Positions 51,301-60,094 are shown, counted from the stretch's first letter. The stretch: DNA of 64,000 nt from an uncultured Planctomycetia bacterium (GCA_964527765.1 CAZGQR010000004.1:83-64082), one strand, 5' to 3'. Notes: generated from the sequence alone by a model not told the origin. A program made the numbers and translations.

Positions 51301-54300
51301 GCTTGACGGGAAGAGAAAGCAGCTGACGGGTGATCCTAAAAAGATCAAGGAAGCTACCAGAAAGATCCTTGCGGGGGAAGAGGTATCTGAAGATGAAGCA
51401 GGCCCTCTCGGCGAGGTCGTTGCCGAACTTGCCGGAAGGATCATCTCAGGAGAAAAAGTTCCCGAGGACGAGTTTGATCGCATGGCGGATGACATCAACA
51501 GGGCGGTCGCCGACTTTGACATCGATAAATTTAATCAGCAGGTAAAAACGATATCCCGTGAAGCGAATAAGGTAGCTGATGGACTGACGAAGTTGAATGG
51601 CCTTCTGAAGAGAGAGGAGGAACTGCGGATAAGGGAGCAGGGCGTGCCGCAGAGACTCGCCAGGCTTGAATTCGAAAGGTATAAAGTCGACCGGGATTGC
51701 GAACTTCTGTGCAAGAAGATAGAAGACGCGCAGTCCGGCCGCCCGCTCACTCAGGGTATCGTGATCAATAACAGGTATATCGTCATGGAAAAACTGGGCC
51801 AGGGCGGTTTCGGAGCGGTCTACCGCGTTCTTAACAAACAGACAGGCCAGGAGAAGGCCTTGAAGATCATCTTGCCTACCCGGCATATGGATCTTTCCAC
51901 GAGGATGCGGACCATGGCGGCGTTCAACAGGGAAGTGGAGAGCCATAACAGTCTCTGCGAAATACACGCTCAGGTGCCCGTGGTGGAAGCAAGGGGTGGT
52001 TACGCCGGGTCCCCGTATTTCGTAATGTCCCTTGAGAAAGGCCTGACGCTTAAAGAGATACACCAGAAGCTGGTAAACGGCAGTCTGCGGTTGAGCATGC
52101 GCGAAAAACTCATACTTATGCATGCCGTGATGAAAGCGGTTGCGACGATTCACAGCGGGGGATATATTCACAGGGACCTGAAACCAGAAAATATCATGAT
52201 CCCGGCCAACGAGGACGGCACCATAGCGTTTCCGGGCAATATCCATGAGCCTGAATTTCTCGCCAGCACCCGTTATGACGCGTTTGTGAGGAGAGTGACT
52301 ATCCTGGACCTGGGAAGGGCCGTTCGCGGCGAAAAAACCGACGAAGAGGACGATATCGCCCTGATCGAGGATATTAACAGGACCATGGTCACGGGCCAGT
52401 TCATCGTGGGAACGCCGCATTTTATGGCTCCCGAACAGTTCAAAAAAGAAGCTATCAGCAGTTTCGCTGACGTTTACGCCCTGGGGATCACGTTCTATCT
52501 GATCTTCAGCCATCATTACCCCATAGCGGACGGCGAGAGGATGTTCGCGGTCATCGCCTCGAAACATGTGGATATGGAACTGGCCCCGGAACCGCTGTGC
52601 GAAATAATAGAAAGAGAGAACGAAAGACTGCGTCAGGTAAGGGCCCAAAACCGTCTTGTGGACAAAAAGCGTCTGGACGCGATCAGGGAGGACCTGACGG
52701 ACGCGCTGGTAGCGCAGAAAGCCCCGGACAGAAGGGTCATTATCGTCTCATCCAGAAGGGACGGCCGAAGGCGCATGCAGTGGCTTACCGAGGTGCTTGA
52801 CGAAAGCATCCTGAGAGAACGGCTCGCAAGAATGCAGGATCCTGACAGCGGTGAGCGCCTGGTCACCGATGAAGAGATCGACAGGATCGTAGCGCTCGTT
52901 ATCCTCAAGCTTCCACAGACCGACGGCCTCATAGAAGCATTGATCCAGCAGATGCTGGAGAAATACCAGGGAGGGCGCCCGACCACCGAAGATGTGATCC
53001 AGGAGATGGAAAAGTATTTGACCGACAGAAAAGATGCGATGATCTACAGAAGCCGCGATGAAAAGATAAAGGAAGAAGCCCTGGAAGGCGTGGAGACGTC
53101 CCAGGACGCGAAAGCAAGACTGGCCGGGGTGAACAAGAAGATCGGCGAGCTGACGATTCAATATAAAAGCGAAACGGACACGACAAAAAAGGCTAAGATC
53201 AGGAAACTCCTGGAGATACAGGAAAAGAAGGGACAGGTGCTCGAAGAGGCCGCGACAACATTGAGGAGGGAAGGAAGCGTTGTGAGGGCCGCCAAGTGGC
53301 TCCAGAATCATACCGCTCTGCTGGCGGCTGTTGCCGCGGGTGCTGTCCTGCTCCTGGCGGCCATCGTGGCGACCCTTGTCGTTCTGTACCGGTCGGCTGT
53401 CAGTGAAAGGCAGGCCGCGCGCAAAGCTGCCGAGACAGCGAAGGCCGAAAGGACAAAAGCGCTCGAGGACAAGGAAAAAGCCCTGAAAGAGGTCGTAGTA
53501 GCCGAAAGCAGGCTGCAGGAACTTAACAAGATCAAGGAAGAACTCTCGGGGAGCCTGCTCGAGCTGGAGCAAAAGAAGGGTACCGCCCTGAAGGAGCAGG
53601 CCACGTTATCCGAACAGATAAAAGACCTTAAGGAGAGGGCGGAAAAAGCCGCCGAACTTGAGGAAACGATATTAAAGCTGGAAGAGCAGGAAAAGGCCTT
53701 AAAGCAAAAAGAAAAGGAATTGAACGAAAAGGTCGAGAAAACAGAAACCGGGCTCAAAGAAAAGACGGCCGCGCTTGAAAAGGCGCAAAAAGAACTCGCA
53801 AGGTACAGGGAAAGCATGCCGGGTGTTTTCGAGGATGCCAAGGCGAAAGCCGCAAAACTGGAAGCCGACGAGGCCATACATATCATAGAGGTAGGGGGAG
53901 AGCGGTGGTGGTGGAGCATAGACGAGACCACCCTGAAGCAGTTCACGCTCGGGTTCGACGAAGTCTCGAGGATCATGGTAAATAACGGCCAGTTCGATGA
54001 AGCCATCAGACTGGAGGAAAGAAGGATAGATTGGCTGGTCGATATGGCCGACTGGCGAGACACGGAAGCGGAAAAACTTTCCTTTGTAAAGGAAATAATA
54101 AAAAGTCAGGTTGCCGTAATAAATATTCACAGGGCGAAAGGAAGTTACGACGCGGCAGAGAAGCTTGCAAAGGAACTTATGAATAAGAACGAATACAAGG
54201 CATCGAAGGAGTGGATGGAGCTTTTGAGGGATTGTCTCATCGAGGTAGTTCTCGAAAATGCCGCGCTGGAGACGATACCTGCGAAGAGACAACAGAAATT

Positions 54301-57300
54301 GCTGGAAGCGGAAAAGCTGGTCAAACAGGTCGAATCCGAGGAAAAAAGAAATCTTCATCTCGGAAATATTTTCCTTATCAGGCCGGATCTCGGGAATGCC
54401 TTAAAGTATTTTGAGACCTATTACAACCTCTGGTTGAAAAAAGCCGGAGAAGAAGGGATATCCGCCGGCGTGAAAAACCAAAGGCAGCATGAAGCGGCTC
54501 AAGGGATCTTGTTAAGCGCGGTGACCCATAAAATGCAGGCCGAGATCCATAAAGGCAAAAACGACCCCGAAAATATGGAAAAAGCCTGTGATGCCGCGGA
54601 AAAACTGCTGGAAAAGATAGTAAAAGAGTTTGCCAAAGATAAAGACATCCAGGCCTGGGCGCTATTCTTGAAAGGTGAGACAGCGCGTCTTAAAGGAGAC
54701 CTGGAAAGATCAAAAGGGATATACGAGCAGGCGGAGTTCAGCGCGCATGATACCGAACAAAAATTGCTGGCAGCGATCATTTGCGCAAGGCTCGGGAAAA
54801 AAATCGCATGGAACAACATGACAAAGACCTGGGAGGCGCTGATATCAGGGAAGATCCCCGTCCCCGCGCCGTATATAAAGGAAGTCAAGGAGCTGCTCGT
54901 GGAAGGGACAGAAAAATACCGCAAGGGCATCGAAGATGCTAAACGCAGGGCGGAAGAAGAAAGGATAAAAGAAGAGCTCAGAAAGAAGCAGGAAGCCGAA
55001 GCGAAAGAGATCAGGAAAGAGGCACTGGAAGGCGTGGAGAAGGCAAAGGACGCGGAGAATAAACTGGTTCAGATAAACAGCGAGATCGCCGCGTTGGAAG
55101 CCGCGCTGGACAAGGAACAGGACGAATCGAAAAGAAAGGATATTCAGAAACAGCTGGACAGGGCGAAGAAAAAGAAACAGGTGCTTGGGGCGGAAAAAGA
55201 AAAGCTGGAAAAACAGGAAGCCGAAAGTAAAGCCAGGGAAGAGTTCAGGAAAAAGGTATTAGAAGGCATAAAGACATCGAAAGACGCAAAAGTCAGGCTG
55301 GTCGGGATCAACAAGGAGATCGGCACCCTGACGGGCAACCTGCGCACGGAAGAGAATAAAAGCAAAAGAGCGCAGATGGAAAAACAGCTGCAGGAGGCAA
55401 AAGAGAAAAAGAAAATACTGGAAGAAGCCAGGGACAGGCTGGAAAAAGAGGAAGCCGAGCGCAAAGCGGAAGAGGAGTTCAGGAAAGAGGTCCTGAAGAA
55501 CGTGAAAACGCCGGCGGACGCGGAAGCCGAACTTACCAAAATCAACGCCGAGATCGGCACGCTCAAAGGCAAGCTGGGCGCGACGGAAGACCAGCCCGAG
55601 AAGGAAGAGATCCAGAAACAGCTGGACAGGGCAGAGAAGGCGAAAAAGGTGCTGGAAGAGGAAAAGAAAGCCCTGGAGGAAAGAGAGGCGGAAGCCGAGC
55701 GCAAAGCGGAAGAAGAGTTCAGAAAAGAGGTCCTGAAGGATATTAAGACACTGGCGGAAGCAAAGGCCAGACTGGAGGGGCTGAATAAAGATATAGGAAC
55801 GCTGACGGATAAGCTGTCCTCGGCAAAGGATGAGGAAAAAGCGGAAATAGAGTCAGGATTGGAAAAAGCAAAGAAGACAAAACAAGTGCTTGAAGAGGCC
55901 ATAAAGAAGCTGGAGGAGGCCAGGCCCGAGAAGGAGACCCCCGATCCCGATAAAACCCCGGAACCCGGGAAAAAAGACGCTTCACAATCAGGCATGGCCC
56001 CGGTTCCGCAGATACCTATCGCAAATGATGTTTCCAGAGCGCCTGACCACAGGCTGCTCAATGCCGTTATCAAGTGCGCCATTGATGAGGCATTGTTCGA
56101 CCGTCTCGAAAAGCGGGATGATGACACGATCACGGTCTTTGTTTTCGGGGACGATAGCTGCAGGAATTTTGGCGATGTTTATGAGCGCCTGGAGAACAAG
56201 GTAAGGGTGAGCGAGATGTTCAAGGCGGCGTGCAGGGCTGACAGCGTGCCGTCGGAAATAATGCCCATGCTGCACGAGACCGGGATGGCAAACCTTCATA
56301 ATGTTTCGGGCCATGCCGGCATTGAAAATTCGACGATTTATGCCGTAAAAGGCGTTCCGAACCTGGAAGTTCTCATAAATCATGAAAAAGAGGAAATGAG
56401 GATTCATCAGAAGCACGCGGCCGGGTTCGCCGGCCTTGGTTCGTGGGAAGAAGTCCCGAAAATCGAACGGCGCGGTCTCATACAATTAATGAGGAAACGA
56501 GGAGGCGGGTGCAATGTTTTTGCCATGTTCGCCCACAAGCGGGCTAACAAAAAATTCCCGGTTTCCGGGAACAGCGAACTTATTCCGGACAGCATGGAAG
56601 AAAGAAAATTGGCCGATACTATAGGAAAACATTATCAGGTCCCCGTGGCCGGGGGAGCTGAAACACGGGAAGACTTGACCCCCGGGGCGGCCCTAAAAGC
56701 TCTTTTGGGGATCGTAAAGAAGATCTCGGGTAAACTGGTCTCTTCTTTTGCTCCGGCTCCGGTAAAGTGCCTTCGGGATCGTTCCCGCACGGATGCCGGA
56801 GAAGGTGTTATCATCTTTGCTGATGATATCGTGGACCACTCCGCGGTATTTGACCTGGACAGGGTGGCCAAAACCATGGGCAGGCCCGAAAGCATCCTGC
56901 GCACGGTCGTGCTATACGCGAAGAACGCAAAAAAGGCCGAGCTTGTCGCAGAAATAATAAAGAACGCCAATCCGAAGGCCGACGTCGAGATGATCCTGGA
57001 TAAGGATGTCAGGGAACATTACGACGAGGAGTATTATTCGACGTCGCAGGTAGAAGCTGTCGTGCGATATTCGATGAACAGGAAAAGCGGGATATTCACG
57101 CAAGCCAGCCAGATACTCGGCGTCATAAGAGGCCCTCTTTCGGCGGGTGAGAGTGAGGAAGCCCTGAGAGAGGAGCTTAAGAGAAGTTCGCTGAGAGTTC
57201 CCGTGGTTATTTTTGAAAATAGCGCCAAAGGCAATATTTATTCCGTGATGCAGGCCCTGGCGAAACTCATTGAACGCGGACGCCTTTCAGAGGACGGATG

Positions 57301-57400
57301 GCTCTTTGTCCTCCCCCCGATCACGCGCATTTCCGACATTCTGCAGAAAGAATACGAGCTGTACAGGACCATGGTCAAGGCCCTGGAAGCGGCAGCATAA
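48329..57400 (+). CDS. Giant (3023 aa) multidomain protein with Hanks-type Ser/Thr kinase, single TM, coiled coils, TPR-like region and 78-80-aa repeats
   Basis: Uninterrupted 9-kb ORF. Signal peptide (KVIALAVVIAFSFQNLTYA). Kinase motifs LGQGGFGAVY, ALK, HRDLKPEN, DLG, GTPHFMAPE and DVYALG at ~51770-53010. TM at ~53312-53389. Confidence 0.9.
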   Translation: MLKLRELKVIALAVVIAFSFQNLTYANPDLFAKNNRQASDTLAPEGRFQNYGVEAQSLMFLVRAAQEVLAKNIRPEKVTDFIKNSPALTPEIEEKIDFGLVNIVGDKSNKLQVGYRGEQGTHVITFSEKPEHIRGRMPDSAGRVQIANIIVEIDVPSKGIEQPGQAPEGGARDTLIDEAEGDITGASEGDTAIHSGKRHEGKKQFRGIFGIGYGRWLAKKVSGVFGKWHVKREPGVNDVIRKYWRKGKPLKGCSACSPEEMSSIMAAIYATMSGKKVGTSIIANVYKVYIYDIGRRDFSGGVTTHFGIRTGTIHITKEEYERLKKLDEREHEKLESSDEIHFYHLAARIAHEVTEIDSWRKKAKDLVAEKAIDRLGSIKSKYSDDWANGIRKWIRDNCNTSGKGAAQRLDREFHRKGFDREACILAESLLAENILARKGISDKEKYYETVMKLSREFLENGKYDDLVADLGSSVRIPRGKRREAFDSIVNTLKHFDDTRGREVFINVLYAKASFEYIRALDGGVDSLLQKDWSFKDKSRGLARRMDILRESLEKVKYIDSVSREEIETWIDETGTKIRVPPPGIDAREVDALISIFMEVRKLLSGRNHMQEWDKIYPSVFGPEDPAREPDIIGASDPGESPDIANSDPKGPEDTIRAPSPIEPDEIKIIDFGLGEMKSEIISESISPQNGPVKPPMDTDAVLNILEKYKNWNYRSVKGRSTEKREMTTGRSRMKDTSRKQKETSRKLETTQETAGYKYISRFSDDAILREKVKKARGSARDLMNNPLILRLTEGSRDFRMYYGSSTGYFDVLDVRKDYPHILDITILVDGKRDPILRAYGQEEIKKISEGISAEFSDVNRFNLTVVGIEDMREAFRKGSSMSSEKSADLQRLFIKLYKEDIQIAGSNLIDESSGFLSELDHFERIYIAELVSKFTQMAAIREDMEGLERHIGLSADEKQELKKLRENHNKTKLKIGELETQQERVNNAMEALDGKRKQLTGDPKKIKEATRKILAGEEVSEDEAGPLGEVVAELAGRIISGEKVPEDEFDRMADDINRAVADFDIDKFNQQVKTISREANKVADGLTKLNGLLKREEELRIREQGVPQRLARLEFERYKVDRDCELLCKKIEDAQSGRPLTQGIVINNRYIVMEKLGQGGFGAVYRVLNKQTGQEKALKIILPTRHMDLSTRMRTMAAFNREVESHNSLCEIHAQVPVVEARGGYAGSPYFVMSLEKGLTLKEIHQKLVNGSLRLSMREKLILMHAVMKAVATIHSGGYIHRDLKPENIMIPANEDGTIAFPGNIHEPEFLASTRYDAFVRRVTILDLGRAVRGEKTDEEDDIALIEDINRTMVTGQFIVGTPHFMAPEQFKKEAISSFADVYALGITFYLIFSHHYPIADGERMFAVIASKHVDMELAPEPLCEIIERENERLRQVRAQNRLVDKKRLDAIREDLTDALVAQKAPDRRVIIVSSRRDGRRRMQWLTEVLDESILRERLARMQDPDSGERLVTDEEIDRIVALVILKLPQTDGLIEALIQQMLEKYQGGRPTTEDVIQEMEKYLTDRKDAMIYRSRDEKIKEEALEGVETSQDAKARLAGVNKKIGELTIQYKSETDTTKKAKIRKLLEIQEKKGQVLEEAATTLRREGSVVRAAKWLQNHTALLAAVAAGAVLLLAAIVATLVVLYRSAVSERQAARKAAETAKAERTKALEDKEKALKEVVVAESRLQELNKIKEELSGSLLELEQKKGTALKEQATLSEQIKDLKERAEKAAELEETILKLEEQEKALKQKEKELNEKVEKTETGLKEKTAALEKAQKELARYRESMPGVFEDAKAKAAKLEADEAIHIIEVGGERWWWSIDETTLKQFTLGFDEVSRIMVNNGQFDEAIRLEERRIDWLVDMADWRDTEAEKLSFVKEIIKSQVAVINIHRAKGSYDAAEKLAKELMNKNEYKASKEWMELLRDCLIEVVLENAALETIPAKRQQKLLEAEKLVKQVESEEKRNLHLGNIFLIRPDLGNALKYFETYYNLWLKKAGEEGISAGVKNQRQHEAAQGILLSAVTHKMQAEIHKGKNDPENMEKACDAAEKLLEKIVKEFAKDKDIQAWALFLKGETARLKGDLERSKGIYEQAEFSAHDTEQKLLAAIICARLGKKIAWNNMTKTWEALISGKIPVPAPYIKEVKELLVEGTEKYRKGIEDAKRRAEEERIKEELRKKQEAEAKEIRKEALEGVEKAKDAENKLVQINSEIAALEAALDKEQDESKRKDIQKQLDRAKKKKQVLGAEKEKLEKQEAESKAREEFRKKVLEGIKTSKDAKVRLVGINKEIGTLTGNLRTEENKSKRAQMEKQLQEAKEKKKILEEARDRLEKEEAERKAEEEFRKEVLKNVKTPADAEAELTKINAEIGTLKGKLGATEDQPEKEEIQKQLDRAEKAKKVLEEEKKALEEREAEAERKAEEEFRKEVLKDIKTLAEAKARLEGLNKDIGTLTDKLSSAKDEEKAEIESGLEKAKKTKQVLEEAIKKLEEARPEKETPDPDKTPEPGKKDASQSGMAPVPQIPIANDVSRAPDHRLLNAVIKCAIDEALFDRLEKRDDDTITVFVFGDDSCRNFGDVYERLENKVRVSEMFKAACRADSVPSEIMPMLHETGMANLHNVSGHAGIENSTIYAVKGVPNLEVLINHEKEEMRIHQKHAAGFAGLGSWEEVPKIERRGLIQLMRKRGGGCNVFAMFAHKRANKKFPVSGNSELIPDSMEERKLADTIGKHYQVPVAGGAETREDLTPGAALKALLGIVKKISGKLVSSFAPAPVKCLRDRSRTDAGEGVIIFADDIVDHSAVFDLDRVAKTMGRPESILRTVVLYAKNAKKAELVAEIIKNANPKADVEMILDKDVREHYDEEYYSTSQVEAVVRYSMNRKSGIFTQASQILGVIRGPLSAGESEEALREELKRSSLRVPVVIFENSAKGNIYSVMQALAKLIERGRLSEDGWLFVLPPITRISDILQKEYELYRTMVKALEAAA
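55005..55920 (+). repeat. Four tandem 234-240-bp coding repeats in the giant gene
   Basis: Unit anchors GAGATCAGG 55007, GAGTTCAGG 55241, GAGTTCAGG 55475 and GAGTTCAGA 55715. Protein pattern E.RKE.L..(V/I)K...(D/E)A...L...N.EI..L...QL..A...K.VL. Confidence 0.85.
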
Positions 57401-57496
57401 TATTCCCGAAGTGGATCCTCCCTGTACGGGGATATGCCGCACTCTTAAAGCTGAAGTCAGCAGCATCTTTTACGCTATCCAATTTAAAAAACATTG

Positions 57497-57525
57497 TTGC
57501 AATCAAAAGAATGTGTTAATATAAT
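57497..57525 (+). promoter_or_regulatory. sigma70-type promoter
   Basis: TTGCAA-17 nt-TATAAT upstream of 57570. Confidence 0.65.
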
Positions 57526-57569
57526 ATTTATTCTTAGCGGATAAACTTGTTAAGCCAAGGAGGGAATGT

Positions 57570-57968
57570 ATGAATATGAGGTTACTGGTATGCCTGATGA
57601 TCATTGCCGTTATGGTCGCACTGCCTCTTGATGAGGGCCATGCCGCGCGGAAAAGTTCCTCTTCCGATATTATCCGGTCCGGGCTCCTGGGCGCGGGTGC
57701 CGGTGCTGTCGGCGGCGCAGCCTCCGGGGCCAAGGGCGGCGATCTATGGAAAGGCGCTCTCGCCGGCGCAGGCGTAAATATCGTGGGCGGCGCGCTTCTT
57801 GATTCCATGAGCGGGGAACATGTGAGTGACGTGGAAGACGTCGATTCCGTGAGCCCCCGGACAGCATATTCGGACGGATATGAATCCGGCTATGCCAACG
57901 GATACAAGAAAGGATACACGGAAGGTTATAAAGAGGGCCTGAAAGAAGCGTATAAGAAGGGCGATTAA
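57570..57968 (+). CDS. Exported glycine-zipper protein with C-terminal GYxx repeats
   Basis: Signal peptide, GLLGAGAGAVGGAASG...GALAGAGVNIVGG and YSDGYESGYANGYKKGYTEGYKEG. AAGGAGG RBS. Confidence 0.8.
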   Translation: MNMRLLVCLMIIAVMVALPLDEGHAARKSSSSDIIRSGLLGAGAGAVGGAASGAKGGDLWKGALAGAGVNIVGGALLDSMSGEHVSDVEDVDSVSPRTAYSDGYESGYANGYKKGYTEGYKEGLKEAYKKGD

Positions 57969-57996
57969 GCGGTATCCGGAAGGAAGCGGTTACGGC

Positions 57997-59202
57997 ATGA
58001 AAAGAAAAAAAAGCGCGGCAAAAAAAAAGACGAAAAAGATTCCCCGAGGGATCGGCCAAAAAAACGCGAAGATCCTGAAAGAAGCGGATTCGCTTCTTAA
58101 ATCCCTGATCGACAAGGAAAAGGAGATAATCAAAACCGAAGACGCGCTCGTTGAGTCCATGAGACGCTTTCGTGACCTTTTCGAACAATCACCCATCGGC
58201 GTAGGGATCAATGATACGAAGGGAGAGGTACTGATCGTCAATAAAGCCTACCTGGAGATATTCGGGTTGAAATCCTTCGCTGATATAACGCATCAGAACC
58301 TGTTCAGTGACCTGAGATTGCCGCCGGGAGATAAGAAAAGGATCCGATCCGGGCATGTTGTCCAGTATGAGAGCGAATATGATTTTAACAATGCCGGTTT
58401 CTCCACAAGCCGGGAAGGCACAAGGTATATTCTCTTTACCATTTCTCCTCTTTTCAGGGAAAAAGAGATAATAGGGTATATGGTCCAGATCCAGGATAGT
58501 ACGGAACGCAGGAAGGTGGCGGAATCCCAGAGGCTGGCCCAGCTGGGACGGCTGCTCTCGGACATGGCACACGAAGTAAACAACCCGCTGATGATCATTT
58601 CCGGCAGGGCCGAGCTTGCCCTACTGGAGGGGGTGGGAGACGAGAAAGTCAGAGATATCCTGAGCGTCATACTGGACCAGTGTTTCTTTGCCAAGAGCAT
58701 TATTCAGAGACTGCTGAAGTATTCCCGGATCGGTAAGGTGGAAAAAAGACCGGTTGACATGCGGAAAGCACTTGATCTTATAATCGATATTCTCCAGCAT
58801 CATTTTAAAATGTCCAACATCGTGCTCAAGAAGGATCTGGAACCCGATCTTCCGATGGTTACGGTGAATGAAAAGCAGATACAGGAAGTGTTCATGAATA
58901 TCCTGCGGAATTCCGCTGATGCCATGCCGCAGGGAGGCATAATCACTATAAGCGCGATGAAGGAAAAAGATTTCCTCAGGATAGACGTCCGGGATACCGG
59001 GGAAGGCATGGTCCCGGAGGTGCTTGAAAGGATCTTCGAACCTTTTTTCACGACCAGGCAGAAAGGCACCGGACTGGGGCTGGCAGTATGTCATACCATA
59101 ATGCAGGAGCACAGCGGTTACCTGAGCTATAAAAGCAAAGTAGGCGAGGGGACGACGGCGACGATATTGCTGCCCATCGGATATTCCCCCGCGTCTTATT
59201 GA
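57997..59202 (+). CDS. Cytoplasmic PAS sensor histidine kinase (NtrB-like)
   Basis: PAS (FRDLFEQSP...VNKAY), H-box AHEVNNPL, N-box NILRNS.DAM, DTGEG, FEPFFTT, GTGLGL. Confidence 0.92.
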   Translation: MKRKKSAAKKKTKKIPRGIGQKNAKILKEADSLLKSLIDKEKEIIKTEDALVESMRRFRDLFEQSPIGVGINDTKGEVLIVNKAYLEIFGLKSFADITHQNLFSDLRLPPGDKKRIRSGHVVQYESEYDFNNAGFSTSREGTRYILFTISPLFREKEIIGYMVQIQDSTERRKVAESQRLAQLGRLLSDMAHEVNNPLMIISGRAELALLEGVGDEKVRDILSVILDQCFFAKSIIQRLLKYSRIGKVEKRPVDMRKALDLIIDILQHHFKMSNIVLKKDLEPDLPMVTVNEKQIQEVFMNILRNSADAMPQGGIITISAMKEKDFLRIDVRDTGEGMVPEVLERIFEPFFTTRQKGTGLGLAVCHTIMQEHSGYLSYKSKVGEGTTATILLPIGYSPASY

Positions 59203-59215
59203 GGGAGAGCAGTAG

Positions 59216-59626
59216 ATGCGCGGCAAGAACATTCTGGTGATCGATGATGAGCGGCAGATAGTGGAGATACTGGATAATTTTTTGACGCTGCAGGGGTTTA
59301 AGGTCAAAAAAGCATATGACGGGCAGCAGGGACTGGACATACTGAAAAGCGGCAAACAGGTGGATCTTATAATCCTGGATGAGAAGATGCCGGGTATGGG
59401 GGGCACGGTCTTTTTTAAAGAGGTGAAGAAACTCGAAATAGATGTGCCGGTGATAGTCCTGACCGGTTCCGTCACCATGTCACAGATAGACCATTCAGTC
59501 AAAAAGGAATATAAGCATATACTTGTCAAGCCAGTCCGTCTTTCCGAACTCCTGGAGCTTATGAATAAATTATTAGCTTCAAAGGCAAAAGGTCGATCCG
59601 GCCGGAAAGCAAAAAAGAGCAAGTGA
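59216..59626 (+). CDS. Single-domain response regulator (REC)
   Basis: ILVIDDE, DLIILDEKMPGMGG, VIVLTG, VKP. Confidence 0.92.
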   Translation: MRGKNILVIDDERQIVEILDNFLTLQGFKVKKAYDGQQGLDILKSGKQVDLIILDEKMPGMGGTVFFKEVKKLEIDVPVIVLTGSVTMSQIDHSVKKEYKHILVKPVRLSELLELMNKLLASKAKGRSGRKAKKSK

Positions 59627-59704
59627 GTTTGATCTGCGCAAACCGCTTACTGTTTCCCGATAATCTTATCCGGGTAGTTTCAGGGACGTTTTAAGGGGGG
59701 AGAT

Positions 59705-60094
59705 ATGAAGGTCATTTTCGGCGCACTATACGCGCTTCTTTTCATGGCCGCGGTGCTTTTCCGGGGGGTCCCGGCGGCATGCTTTGCCGGAGAATATGAA
59801 TTATCCGCGGATCCGCGGCTGGCAGAGCCGAGAAAAAGTTTTGAACAGGCACAGGAGTATATAGAAAAGGGGAATAAAGAGTTCGGGCGGCGCACGGGCC
59901 TTGCGCAGAAGATGTTCGAACACGCGGAAGACTATTTTCTGAAAGCGGAATTTCTTTACAAGGAGCTGGGCCAGAAGCACGGGATCGATGTAAGTCATGA
60001 GGTCGCCGCATGCGAAAGGTCGTACCGTGATGCCCATGTAATGGTCGGCAAGGCGAAGAAGAAGAGCAGGCAGGGCAAAGGCGCCGGCCTGTAA
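59705..60094 (+). CDS. Hypothetical exported helical protein
   Basis: Hydrophobic N-terminus, strong GGGGGGAG RBS, helical TPR-like body; co-oriented with its neighbours. Confidence 0.68.
   Translation: MKVIFGALYALLFMAAVLFRGVPAACFAGEYELSADPRLAEPRKSFEQAQEYIEKGNKEFGRRTGLAQKMFEHAEDYFLKAEFLYKELGQKHGIDVSHEVAACERSYRDAHVMVGKAKKKSRQGKGAGL

Noticed and set aside
57968-57996. TCCGGAAGGAAGCGG resembling the SRP RNA domain IV loop
   Set aside because: The intergenic gap is only 28 nt, the CAGG/AGCA internal loop is absent, and no long enclosing stem is visible.
59682-59692. AGGGACGTTTT identical to the first 11 nt of element 2
   Set aside because: It is too short, with no CCCAGACCGTAA or GGGGACA boxes nearby, so it cannot be distinguished from chance.
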